Source: an uncultured Actinomycetota bacterium (GTDB lineage: Bacteria > Actinomycetota > Actinomycetes > S36-B12 > UBA10799). Taken from it: a stretch of 64,000 nt of DNA. Shown here piece after piece: positions 7,467 through 16,504 of this stretch. The notes below the pieces were generated by a model. The model was not told the DNA's origin and did not search any database. It saw nothing but the letters and a program-made list of their open reading frames with translations. The DNA lies in NCBI GenBank assembly GCA_963818505.1, contig CAWFSJ010000005.1, positions 141,540 through 205,539 of the forward strand, in the 5' to 3' direction. The translations under genes were made by a program, and so were the position numbers. Each line of letters begins with the position of its first letter. Within the stretch, counting starts at the first letter, position 1.

Positions 7467-8696
7467 ATGCTTGTGAGAGAAGGTCCAAGCGTTCTAGGAA
7501 TCGTGCTGGCCGGCGGCGAAGGCAAGCGACTGATGCCGCTGACCGCGGACCGTGCCAAACCAGCAGTCCCATTCGGGGGCGCCTATCGAATGATCGACTT
7601 CGTGCTCTCGAACCTGGTCAATGGCGGCTTCTCCCGCATCTGCGTCCTGACGCAGTACAAATCCCACTCCCTGGACCGTCACATCACGACCACGTGGCGG
7701 ATGTCCAACCTGATGGGCGACTACGTGACACCGGTTCCGGCCCAGCAGCGCCTGGGGCCACGCTGGTACATGGGCTCGGCCGACGCGATCTACCAGTCCC
7801 TCAACCTGGTTTATGACGAGCGGCCCGACTACGTCGCGGTATTCGGCGCCGATCACATCTACCGCATGGATCCCTGGCAGATGCTTGATCAGCACATGGA
7901 GTCCGGGGCCGGGGTCACTGTTGCGGGCATCCGGATGGCCCGCTCGGAGGCCAGCCCGTTCGGCGTGATCGAGACCGATGTCACCGGCCAGCGCATCACG
8001 GCATTCCACGAGAAGCCCGCAGACCCTCCGGCCATCCCCGACAGCCCCGACGAGTCCTACGTCTCGATGGGCAACTACATCTTCAGCACCGACGTACTCG
8101 TCGAAGCCTTGAAGATCGACGCTGGCGACGAGGGTTCGGTTCATGACATGGGCGGGAACATCATCCCCATGCTGACCTCGCAGGGGCTGGCCCACGTCTA
8201 CGACTTCTCCGACAACGAGGTGCCCGGGGTCACCGATCGAGACCGCGGGTATTGGCGCGACGTGGGTTCGCTGGACGCCTACCACGACGCCCACATGGAC
8301 CTTGTCAGCGTGCACCCGGTCTTCAACCTCTACAACCGCAAGTGGCCTATCCTGACCTACCTGCCGCCGTTGGCCCCGGCGAAGTTCGCTCTGGGCGGTA
8401 ATGCCCATGAATCCATGGTCGGTGCCGGCTCGATCATCTCCGGCGGTCACGTGCGCCAGTCGGTGCTGTCGTTCGATGTAAGGGTGCAGGAGGGTGCCTT
8501 CGTCGAGGGTTCTGTGATCATGCCCGGGGTCAGGGTGGGCAGGAATGCCGTCATCCGCAGAGCCGTTATCGACAAATACGTGGATATCCCCGACGGCGTT
8601 CAGATCGGCGTGGACATCGAACGTGACCGCGAACGTTTCACAGTCAGTTCGGGCGGCATCGTGGTGATCGGCAAGGGCGCAATCATAGAACCCTGA
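7467..8696 (+). CDS. glgC: Glucose-1-phosphate adenylyltransferase
   Basis: [32 protein letters not shown]... The ATG is at 7467, with an alternative GTG at 7464. The longer ORF from 7155 runs antisense into glgA. Confidence 0.9.
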   Translation: MLVREGPSVLGIVLAGGEGKRLMPLTADRAKPAVPFGGAYRMIDFVLSNLVNGGFSRICVLTQYKSHSLDRHITTTWRMSNLMGDYVTPVPAQQRLGPRWYMGSADAIYQSLNLVYDERPDYVAVFGADHIYRMDPWQMLDQHMESGAGVTVAGIRMARSEASPFGVIETDVTGQRITAFHEKPADPPAIPDSPDESYVSMGNYIFSTDVLVEALKIDAGDEGSVHDMGGNIIPMLTSQGLAHVYDFSDNEVPGVTDRDRGYWRDVGSLDAYHDAHMDLVSVHPVFNLYNRKWPILTYLPPLAPAKFALGGNAHESMVGAGSIISGGHVRQSVLSFDVRVQEGAFVEGSVIMPGVRVGRNAVIRRAVIDKYVDIPDGVQIGVDIERDRERFTVSSGGIVVIGKGAIIEP

Positions 8697-8704
8697 CGCC
8701 CGCG

Positions 8705-9586
8705 TCAGTGGGGGAAACGGCCGGCCTTGGCAACGAGCCCGGGAGTCGGTCGGCCCAGTTGCTCACCCAGCCATTCGCTGGCGCGGCACAACTCGTCCAG
8801 GTCCAGACCCGTGGGGAATCCGGAACGCTCGAGCGCGTAGACCAGGTCCTCGGTGGCGATGTTGCCGGTTGCCCGTGGGGCGAACGGGCAACCCCCGATG
8901 CCTCCCAGCGACGCATCCAGAACCTCCACTCCCGCGTCGGCCGCGGCCAGCGCGCTCGCGTACCCCGTGTTGCGGGTGTTGTGCACGTGTACCCGCAGGG
9001 GGACAGCGACAGCCTCCCGAACCGCGGTCAGGCGCTTATGAACGTCCTTGGGCACGGCGACGCCGATCGTGTCCGCGATCGCGAGTTCATCGATGCCGGC
9101 TGCGGCGACCTGCTGGGCAACGTCCACAAGACGTGACACCTCGACCTCGCCCTCATAGGGGCAGCCAAACGATGCCGACAGCGTGACGCTGACGGGCAGC
9201 CCGGCGTCCTTGGCCCGTGGTGCGACAGCGGCCACCGCCGCGATGGCCCCAGCGGTGTCCATCCCCTGGTTCTTCTCCGAGAAGGTGTCCGTGACCATGA
9301 CGACGAGGTTGACCTCGCTCACCTGCGTCGCCATTGCCCGCTCGAACCCCCGCTCGTTGAGCACGAGACCGATGTAGGAGGCGACGTCGGGCCGCAGGCG
9401 ATCCAGCACCGCCTCCGCATCGGCCATCTGCGGGACCCGCTTGGGGTTGACAAAACTGGCGACCTCGATGCGGCGGGTTCCCGCTGCCAGGCACCGGTTG
9501 ACGAACTCGACCTTCGTCCCGGTGTCGAACACGACGGCCTCGTTCTGCAGGCCGTCGCGCGGACCGACCTCGACGATCTGGATCAT
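8705..9586 (-). CDS. Hydroxymethylglutaryl-CoA lyase
   Basis: IVEVGPRDGLQNE...EVASFVNPKRVPQMAD plus a C-terminal DASLGGIGGCPFAPRATGN motif. Confidence 0.85.
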   Translation of the reverse strand: MIQIVEVGPRDGLQNEAVVFDTGTKVEFVNRCLAAGTRRIEVASFVNPKRVPQMADAEAVLDRLRPDVASYIGLVLNERGFERAMATQVSEVNLVVMVTDTFSEKNQGMDTAGAIAAVAAVAPRAKDAGLPVSVTLSASFGCPYEGEVEVSRLVDVAQQVAAAGIDELAIADTIGVAVPKDVHKRLTAVREAVAVPLRVHVHNTRNTGYASALAAADAGVEVLDASLGGIGGCPFAPRATGNIATEDLVYALERSGFPTGLDLDELCRASEWLGEQLGRPTPGLVAKAGRFPH

Positions 9587-9864
9587 CGTGCCGAATCCAC
9601 CACACTGCGCGATGCCAGTCGGGGGCGCAGCCAGGCGGCCACATCCACATGATCTGGATGTTCCAGGTACCCCGTGAGCCCGTCCGTGTCGGCGTGCGTC
9701 GAGATCAGAACCAGGTCCACAGCACCGGGGCGACCCAGGGAGTCCTCGAGAACCTCGATGGACAGCAGTGCAGGCACCTTGGTCTCAAGGTCGCGCAGCC
9801 TGGTGACCGCTTCGGGCCTGTCGGCGGAATCGTGCAGTTTCATCATGACGACGTGCGTGATCAC
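9583..9864 (-). CDS. Dabb (stress-responsive alpha/beta-barrel) family protein
   Basis: 93 aa. MITHVVMMKL...TGYLEHPDHV. ATGA overlap with the HMG-CoA lyase start. Confidence 0.7.
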   Translation of the reverse strand: MITHVVMMKLHDSADRPEAVTRLRDLETKVPALLSIEVLEDSLGRPGAVDLVLISTHADTDGLTGYLEHPDHVDVAAWLRPRLASRSVVDSAR

Positions 9865-9896
9865 GCCTCGATCGTACTGTCACCACCGCGGGTGCC

Positions 9897-9918
9897 CAGT
9901 CGCGCGTTCAAGCGACTG
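9897..9918 (-). terminator. Possible hairpin terminator after pstB
   Basis: CAGTCGC-8 nt-GCGACTG lies 3 nt beyond the pstB stop. There is no U-tract, so the call is weak. Confidence 0.3.
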
Positions 9919-9921
9919 CGA

Positions 9922-10788
9922 TCAGCCGAAGCGACCGGAGATGTAGCCCTCGGTGCGCGTGTCCTTGGGGGTCATGAAGATCTCCTGGGTCGGACCGAAC
10001 TCCACGAGGCGACCGTGTCGAACACCCTTGGCATCCACCTCGGCCGTGAAGAAGGCCGTGCGATCCGAGACCCGAGCTGCCTGCTGCATGTTGTGCGTCA
10101 CGATCACGATCGTGAACTCAGTCGCCAGCTCGTGCATCAGATCCTCGATCTTCGCGGTCGCGATCGGGTCCAAAGAAGCACACGGCTCGTCCATAAGGAT
10201 CACGTCCGGGTTGACCGCAATACAGCGTGCGATGCACAGGCGCTGCTGCTGTCCACCGGACAATGCCATGCCGCTTGTATCCAGCTTGTCCTTGACCTCA
10301 TCCCAAAGCGCCGCGCGCACCAAGGAACGCTCGACGATCTCGTCGAGGTCCTTCTTCTTCTCACCCAGCACCCTGGGTCCGTAGGCGATGTTGTCGTAGA
10401 TGCTCTTGGGGAAGGGGTTGGGCTTCTGGAAGACCATCCCGATCCGGCGGCGCACCTCGATGGGGTCGACGTCGCCGGAATAGATGTCCACCCCGTGGTA
10501 CAGGACCTCACCGGCGACCCTGGCCCCCGGGATCAGGTCATTCATTCTGTTGAACGATCTGAGCAACGTGGTCTTCCCGCAGCCGGACGGTCCGATGAAC
10601 GCCGTGATCTCGCGCTTGGCGATGGGCATGTTCACCTCGCGGACGGCCTCATAGTCCCCATAGAAGACGTGGACGTTGCGCAGTTCCATCACCGTCTCGG
10701 TGACGGCTTCGGATGCAGCCGCCCGGCCGAACCTGGCGTCCGCGGCGGTACCGTCCTGCGTGGTCACTGTTCCTCCAACTTGAGTCAT
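9922..10788 (-). CDS. pstB: Phosphate ABC transporter ATP-binding protein
   Basis: Walker [27 protein letters not shown]. The ATG at 10788 has GGGAAG upstream and lies after the pstA stop. Confidence 0.9.
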   Translation of the reverse strand: MTQVGGTVTTQDGTAADARFGRAAASEAVTETVMELRNVHVFYGDYEAVREVNMPIAKREITAFIGPSGCGKTTLLRSFNRMNDLIPGARVAGEVLYHGVDIYSGDVDPIEVRRRIGMVFQKPNPFPKSIYDNIAYGPRVLGEKKKDLDEIVERSLVRAALWDEVKDKLDTSGMALSGGQQQRLCIARCIAVNPDVILMDEPCASLDPIATAKIEDLMHELATEFTIVIVTHNMQQAARVSDRTAFFTAEVDAKGVRHGRLVEFGPTQEIFMTPKDTRTEGYISGRFG

Positions 10789-10822
10789 TTCGCACTTCCC
10801 TGGATCGGGTATCGTTTCACAG

Positions 10823-11722
10823 TCACCACCGCCGCTGGAAGCGGTTCCGGAGGTAGATCGCAAAGGCATTCATGACTAGCAGGATGCCTAGCAGGATGAT
10901 GCACAGCGCGGCTGCGAGGACCTGGAACTCCTCACGGGACTGCGAGATCCAGTTGTAGATCTGGATCGGCATCACCGTGTACGAGCTCATCAGCCCGTCG
11001 GGGTTGAACGTGATGAACGTGACCGCGCCCAACAACAGCAGCGGCGCTGCCTCCCCGATCGCCCTGGAGAGCGCGAGGATGGCGCCAGTGGCGATGCCCG
11101 GAATGGCCGCTGGCATCACCTGCCGCGAGACCGTTTGCCACTGGGTCGCACCCAATGCCAGAGAACCGGCACGAATCGACTGCGGTACGGCCCGGATGGC
11201 CTCGCGTGAGGAGATGATGACCACCGGAAGTACCAGCAGCGAGAGGGTCAGCGCCGCGGTGATCACGGTCTGTCCCAGGGCAAGGGCCCGGGCGATGACG
11301 CCGAGTCCCAGGATGCCGTAGACGATGGAAGGAACGGCGGCCAGGTTCTGGATGTTGATCTCGACCAGCTTGTTGAAGCGCTTGGTCGGGTCGGCGTATT
11401 CCTCCAGGTAGATCGCCGCCATGACCCCCACGGGCAAACAGATGAACGCCGTGGTCACGATCACCCAGATCGAGCCCATGATGGCCGACTGGGCGCCGGC
11501 CTTCTCGGGGAACCTGATGCTGGGCATGTTCTGCCACAGCGTGGGCGTCAGACCCGACCAACCCTCATGGAACACGAATACCAGCAGGGCGGCCAGCGTG
11601 ACGATTCCCACGGAGAGGGCTGCGAACAGCAACCAGCGGAAACCACGGTCCTTGAGCGGCGGACCGGTGTCCTGCAGGTCCTGCTTGACCTGCTCCCCGA
11701 CCCCGGCGAACATCGTGCTCAT
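10823..11722 (-). CDS. pstA: Phosphate ABC transporter permease PstA
   Basis: 299-aa polytopic permease in the pstSCAB order. Confidence 0.9.
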   Translation of the reverse strand: MSTMFAGVGEQVKQDLQDTGPPLKDRGFRWLLFAALSVGIVTLAALLVFVFHEGWSGLTPTLWQNMPSIRFPEKAGAQSAIMGSIWVIVTTAFICLPVGVMAAIYLEEYADPTKRFNKLVEINIQNLAAVPSIVYGILGLGVIARALALGQTVITAALTLSLLVLPVVIISSREAIRAVPQSIRAGSLALGATQWQTVSRQVMPAAIPGIATGAILALSRAIGEAAPLLLLGAVTFITFNPDGLMSSYTVMPIQIYNWISQSREEFQVLAAALCIILLGILLVMNAFAIYLRNRFQRRW

Positions 11723-12657
11723 TCGTACACCTCACGGTATTTGCGCACCATACGGATGCTGAACATGTTCATCACCAGGGTCATCAGGAACAGCAACGCA
11801 CCAACGGCGAAGATCGTCTGGTACCCGATGGATCCCGTCGGCTGGTCTCCCGAGCCGGCGGCCGCGATGAAGGACGTCATGGTTTGCATGCCGTCCAGGA
11901 CGTTGAGGCTGAGGTTCGGCTGCAGACCCGCCGCAACTGCGACGATCATCGTCTCTCCGATGGCGCGCGAGATACCGAGCACAAACGCGGCCACGATGCC
12001 CGAGAGTGCAGCCGGGACGACCACCTTCAACGTCACCTGACGCTTGCTCGAACCGAGCGCGTACGCACCCTCGCGCAGCCCGCGCGGGACCGCGGACATT
12101 GCGTCCTCGGACAACGACGCGATGGTGGGGATGATCATCACACCGATGACCAGACCTGCCGACAACGCGTTGAACACCTCGGTCTGTGGCCAGATGTTCT
12201 GCAGCAGCACCTGAGTTACGAACTCAAGTGCGAAGAAGCCGAAGATCACTGTGGGGATACCTGCCAGGATCTCCAGAATCGGCTTGAGGATCCGGCGCGT
12301 GCGGTCCGCGGCGTACTCCGAGAGGTACATCGCGGTCAGAACGCCGATTGGCAGTGCCACAATGCACGCGATGCCGGTGATGATCAAGGTTCCCGCCACT
12401 AGCGGAAGCACCCCGAACTCCGGATCCGCGAACAGCGGCGACCATTCAGTCCCGAACAGGAAGTCCGTCACCGGAACCGTCTGGAAGAACTGGAAGGCCG
12501 GGATGAACAGCGCCCAGAGGATTCCGAGGGTCGTCAGGATGGAGACGGCGGCGCATGCCACCAGCAGGACCTTGATGGCCTTCTCTCCGTAGCGCGGACT
12601 TGACCGCTGCAGGGAGAACTCTGTGCTCCCTGCAGCGGTCAGTGTTGTTGAGTCCAT
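11719..12657 (-). CDS. pstC: Phosphate ABC transporter permease PstC
   Basis: 312-aa permease with a 4-nt overlap onto pstA. Confidence 0.9.
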   Translation of the reverse strand: MDSTTLTAAGSTEFSLQRSSPRYGEKAIKVLLVACAAVSILTTLGILWALFIPAFQFFQTVPVTDFLFGTEWSPLFADPEFGVLPLVAGTLIITGIACIVALPIGVLTAMYLSEYAADRTRRILKPILEILAGIPTVIFGFFALEFVTQVLLQNIWPQTEVFNALSAGLVIGVMIIPTIASLSEDAMSAVPRGLREGAYALGSSKRQVTLKVVVPAALSGIVAAFVLGISRAIGETMIVAVAAGLQPNLSLNVLDGMQTMTSFIAAAGSGDQPTGSIGYQTIFAVGALLFLMTLVMNMFSIRMVRKYREVYE

Positions 12658-12663
12658 GTCGGG

Positions 12664-13644
12664 TTAGGAGAGCCCCGCCGCCGACTTGGCGTCCGCGTAT
12701 TCGCTCTTCAGTTCCGTCAGCTGCTCCTCGTTCAACGGGATGAACAAGGCCGCCTCGGCGATCGCTGCGTCGTTCTCCACGTAGTACTGGAGGAACGAGG
12801 CGAACGCCGGGTTGGAACCAAGTGCCTGGATCGACGGGTAGACGAACAAAGGCCGACCCAGCGGCTTGTAGGTGCCGTCCTGCACCGTCTCCGGGCTGGG
12901 TGCCACGCACCCGTCGCCGGAGTCGATCTGGACCGCGCGGACCTTGTCCTGGTTCTCCTCGTAGTAGGTGTACCCGAAGTAGCCCATGCCACCGTTCGAA
13001 CCGGAGACACCGGTCACGGTGACGTTGTCGTCCTCGCTCGGGGTGTAGTCGGTGCGGCTGGCGCCCTCTTCACCGTTGATCGCATCGGTGAAGTAGTCGA
13101 ACGTTCCGGAGTCGGTGCCCGGTCCGAAGAGCTTGATCGGCTCATCGGGGAACGAAGAGTCGACCTGGTTCCAGTTGTTGACCTGAGAGTCGGGCTCCCA
13201 GATCTTCTTGAGCTGTTCCACCGTCAAGCACTGCGCGAAGTCGTTGGAGGTGTTCACGACCACTGTGAGTGCGTCGTTGGCAACGACCATCTCCTGATAG
13301 TCGACGCCCGCCTCCTTGCAGTTGGCTGACTCGTCGTCCTCGATCTGCCGCGAAGCGTCGTTCATGTCGGTCTCGCCACGGCAGAACTTCTCGAAGCCAC
13401 CGCCGGTGCCCGAGGTTCCCACCGTCACGTTGATGTCGGGGTTGGTCTCTGCGAAGATTTCCGCCGCCGCCGAGGTCAGCGGCGCGACGGTTGAACTTCC
13501 GTCCACGCGGACCGAACCGGAGGTTCCCCCACCATCGGCAGCCGGCGACGAAGACGACTCATTGTTGCTTCCGCCACAGGCGGCCAGCGTCAGAGCGCCG
13601 GCGCACACAACGCCGGCGACCTTGATTGAACGGGCGAGTTTCAC
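12664..13644 (-). CDS. pstS: Phosphate-binding lipoprotein PstS
   Basis: Signal peptide with lipobox LTLAAC. GTG start preceded by GGGAGGAAAAGG. PBP-like body (GSSTVAP...GTSGTGGG). Confidence 0.9.
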   Translation of the reverse strand: MKLARSIKVAGVVCAGALTLAACGGSNNESSSSPAADGGGTSGSVRVDGSSTVAPLTSAAAEIFAETNPDINVTVGTSGTGGGFEKFCRGETDMNDASRQIEDDESANCKEAGVDYQEMVVANDALTVVVNTSNDFAQCLTVEQLKKIWEPDSQVNNWNQVDSSFPDEPIKLFGPGTDSGTFDYFTDAINGEEGASRTDYTPSEDDNVTVTGVSGSNGGMGYFGYTYYEENQDKVRAVQIDSGDGCVAPSPETVQDGTYKPLGRPLFVYPSIQALGSNPAFASFLQYYVENDAAIAEAALFIPLNEEQLTELKSEYADAKSAAGLS

Positions 13645-13673
13645 CCTTTTCCTCCCATTGTTTGGTCATTACT

Positions 13674-13822
13674 GACGGACATGACGCTAGGGAGACGGCA
13701 TGACGCTGCGCTGAGCGCTGCATGGATCAAAGGTGAACAGCGACCGTCCGGCAGCCGAAACATTGCGTGCGTCACTTCCTGTTTGCCGATAGATCGGTCT
13801 TCCGTGAGCAAAACGTGACCAA
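13674..13822 (-). promoter_or_regulatory. pstS upstream region with direct repeats and PHO-box-like GTTCACC/GGTCAC units
   Basis: On the minus strand: AGCGTCATG(T)CCGTC twice (13674-13688 and 13694-13707, 20 bp apart); CTGTTCACCTTT (13729-13740); TTGGTCACGTTTTGCTCACGGA (13801-13822), which is two 11-nt units. Confidence 0.35.
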
Positions 13823-13871
13823 TGATGGAACCATTGCCCACCGACCGGCCTCACCCCGACCACCCAACTGC

Positions 13872-14762
13872 TCAAACGGCCGGTACGTGCTCCACGACTG
13901 TGGTCTCATGCGAGCGGTGGAACACCACTGCGGCACCAGGCGCCAACCCGAAGTCGGCGACGTCATCCACTCCAAGGCGATGCGCAACGTGCTGGATCAG
14001 GGTCGGCAGGATCGGACGATGTGTGCAGATGACCAGGCCCATGGGCAGATCGAGCAGACTGTCGACCCGTTTCAGCGCAGCCGTCTGTGATGCGGCGAAT
14101 CCCTCTTCGCTGAGTAGGGTCTCGTGCTCAAGCGGTGCGTGGGTCTGATGGACGAACGGGCGGACCGTGTCCAGACAGCGCAGAGCATCTGATGAGTGGA
14201 CTTTGCGCACACCGAAAGCCTCAAGAACGTAGGTGAGCCGGCTGGCCGCCACAATTCCGGCGGGCGACAAGGGTCTTTCCGCGTCGGCGATGCCCTTGAA
14301 GTCGGCGCGTCGCATCGCCTCCGTGTGACGCAGGATGACCAACGGTGAGGTTACCGGCGTGGCTAGGGCCTGGCGGACGAGGTCCCCGTCACGCGGATAG
14401 CTGAGCATCGCGATCGCGGCGTCGGCGCGCAGCCAGCGGACCTCGTCGATCTCCTTGTTGGGCGCGAACCCCGGGCCCCCAGGACTCTCACGCCCGACCC
14501 AGTACTCGACGGTCTTGGGACGGGCCTCCACGTTGTAGCGCTGGGTCTGCAGAGGCATCCCCAGCACGACGTCGCTGCCGGTTTCCTCGATCGTCTCCCT
14601 GCGCGCGGCCTCAACCGGGATCTCGCCGTTGTCGAGCTTGCCTTTCGGCAGGGACCAGTCGTCCTGCCGTGGACGGTGCAGCACGCAGACCATCGGGCCG
14701 AGAGGACCGTCGCGCAGCAGCACGACCCCGGCTGCCCGGATGGGCGTCGCCGCTTTGGCCAT
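13872..14762 (-). CDS. mutT1: NUDIX hydrolase fused to a histidine-phosphatase (SixA-like) domain, MutT1-type
   Basis: NUDIX box GKLDNGEIPVEAARRETIEETG, followed by a C-terminal LVILRHTEA histidine-phosphatase RHG-type motif. Next to ppk1, as with Rv2985/Rv2984. Confidence 0.75.
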   Translation of the reverse strand: MAKAATPIRAAGVVLLRDGPLGPMVCVLHRPRQDDWSLPKGKLDNGEIPVEAARRETIEETGSDVVLGMPLQTQRYNVEARPKTVEYWVGRESPGGPGFAPNKEIDEVRWLRADAAIAMLSYPRDGDLVRQALATPVTSPLVILRHTEAMRRADFKGIADAERPLSPAGIVAASRLTYVLEAFGVRKVHSSDALRCLDTVRPFVHQTHAPLEHETLLSEEGFAASQTAALKRVDSLLDLPMGLVICTHRPILPTLIQHVAHRLGVDDVADFGLAPGAAVVFHRSHETTVVEHVPAV

Positions 14763-16504
14763 CAGCGCAGCCGGGCTTTCTTGTGGGCACGCTTAACGTC
14801 TGGCCACAGTTCCACGAAGTCGTTGCGTGCGAACAGTTCCTGCTCGAACTCGAACTCGTGCAATAGACCCAGGCTGAAGCCGGAGAGCCCATCGACCGCC
14901 GAGTCGGCGGCAAGGGTCTTGAGGGTCTGCTGGGCGACCCAAGCGTCCTGGTGCTCCCCGAGCACCTCTGTGACACCGGACAACGCCTTGGCGAACCGTT
15001 TGACGTCCTCACCCATGACCGGGGCAACGGCCTCCGCGGCGTACCTTGCCTTCTTGGCGCGGATCCGCGCCTCGTGCCACGGGTGCGCCTCTCCATCGAG
15101 CTCGAGAAGGGCGACCTCCTTGCTGAGCTTCTTCCACGCCTTGTCCACCAAAGCAGGCAGCACATCCTCGCCGGCCTCGTTGGCTGCCGCGTTCAGGCGT
15201 GGCGCCTGAGCCGCATCCACGAGCGCATCGAGGAAGTCCCGGTATCTCTGGGACACCATCGCCTTCAAGGCGTGGTCGCGGGCGTTGTGCCACTGCTCAG
15301 AGAGCGCCGGGTCCACCACGGCCCTGATCAGGGAGGCGAAGTCCTCTCCCACCTCGTCGGCATGATGGTCGATGCGCTCTTGCAGAACTTCGGTGTCCCG
15401 GCTGACCCCGAGCTCGCCGGCGATCCAGCCGAGTTCGGTGCGAAGGGCCTCGGCCCATTCCACATCCAGCATCGGTTCGAAGACCTTCAGCCCGCTACGA
15501 AGGCGCCTGGCTGCGACCCGCATCTGGTGAACGCTGTCGGGCAGATCTGCACGCACCCGGATGTCCTGGGTCAGGAACGCCCTGGTGTGGCGGCGGATGT
15601 GGGCGGCCACCGCGGCCCCGGCTGGGTCTTGCGGACCGACGATCTGCGGCTCGGGGACGTCCGGTGGCTCCTGAATCACTGGCCCAAGAACCGTCAGTTC
15701 CTGCGGCGTCGACCCAGGCACCGCCCCGGCCGCAACCAACACGTCGATAACAGCATCCAGGGCGACGTCCGGCTCGAGGGCCTGAACCTCCAGTTCCCGG
15801 AAACGTGCGGCGATGCGGTCGCCGTCCAGCACGGAGACTGTGTCGTCCACGATCTGGGCGAACGCGGCGCCGTCGACGCCGATGAGCACATGCGGGGTGC
15901 GCTCGACACGCAATGCGGCCACCGGCACGACGTCGGCGTTGCGAGCGTAAGCGGTGATGAGGTTCGCGATGTCCTCAGGCACCTCACCTGAACCACCTGC
16001 GGTCAGGGGCAGACGAACCTCGTCGCCTCCGTCCGTCCCGGAACCGGGCAGGTGCAGGTGCCAGCCCTGGTCATCCCCACCTTCGATTCTCTGCAAGGTG
16101 GCGCCCCAGCGGGCCAACCGCAGGTCAGCCGTGTCGTGGTACACCGACAAGGTGCTACCCATCGCGGACCGCTTGACCTTCGTCACTGCGGACGTGGCAG
16201 CGGCCAGATCGGGCAACCGGAACAGGCCATGCACCCGCAGGCGGCGTTCCACCAGGGGCAACGGCGGTTCGTCCGGCTCGGCGGCCGGCAATTGCTCGCC
16301 CGCCGGTTCGGGGTCCACCTGAGGTGGTTCCAGACCCGCCTCGGCATGGTCGATCGTCACGACATCCACAGGTGGGGACACCTCCACGGCGTTCTCGGGA
16401 GCGGGGTAGATCTCGTCGGCAGGGTCGTCGGGCAATTGGGCGGCCCGGGCATCCGGCGGGGTGGGATCCTCCGGGACACCGTGGTCCGATTCCGTCATTG
16501 CCAT
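14762..16504 (-). CDS. CYTH domain plus CHAD domain protein
   Basis: The CYTH-like beta-tunnel region is LSVYHDTADLRLARWGATLQR...GWHLHLP. The CHAD region is VHQMRVAARRLRSGLKVFEP...ARIRAKKARYAAE. The start is chosen at the ATG that overlaps the ppk1 stop (TGATG). Confidence 0.8.
   Translation of the reverse strand: MAMTESDHGVPEDPTPPDARAAQLPDDPADEIYPAPENAVEVSPPVDVVTIDHAEAGLEPPQVDPEPAGEQLPAAEPDEPPLPLVERRLRVHGLFRLPDLAAATSAVTKVKRSAMGSTLSVYHDTADLRLARWGATLQRIEGGDDQGWHLHLPGSGTDGGDEVRLPLTAGGSGEVPEDIANLITAYARNADVVPVAALRVERTPHVLIGVDGAAFAQIVDDTVSVLDGDRIAARFRELEVQALEPDVALDAVIDVLVAAGAVPGSTPQELTVLGPVIQEPPDVPEPQIVGPQDPAGAAVAAHIRRHTRAFLTQDIRVRADLPDSVHQMRVAARRLRSGLKVFEPMLDVEWAEALRTELGWIAGELGVSRDTEVLQERIDHHADEVGEDFASLIRAVVDPALSEQWHNARDHALKAMVSQRYRDFLDALVDAAQAPRLNAAANEAGEDVLPALVDKAWKKLSKEVALLELDGEAHPWHEARIRAKKARYAAEAVAPVMGEDVKRFAKALSGVTEVLGEHQDAWVAQQTLKTLAADSAVDGLSGFSLGLLHEFEFEQELFARNDFVELWPDVKRAHKKARLR

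Noticed and set aside
7494-8450. 318-aa ORF on the minus strand.
   Set aside because: It is antisense to glgC, which has a clear ADP-glucose pyrophosphorylase sequence. Shadow ORF.
9649-10875. 408-aa ORF on the plus strand.
   Set aside because: It is antisense to the Dabb gene and to pstB, whose Walker motifs are unambiguous. Shadow ORF.
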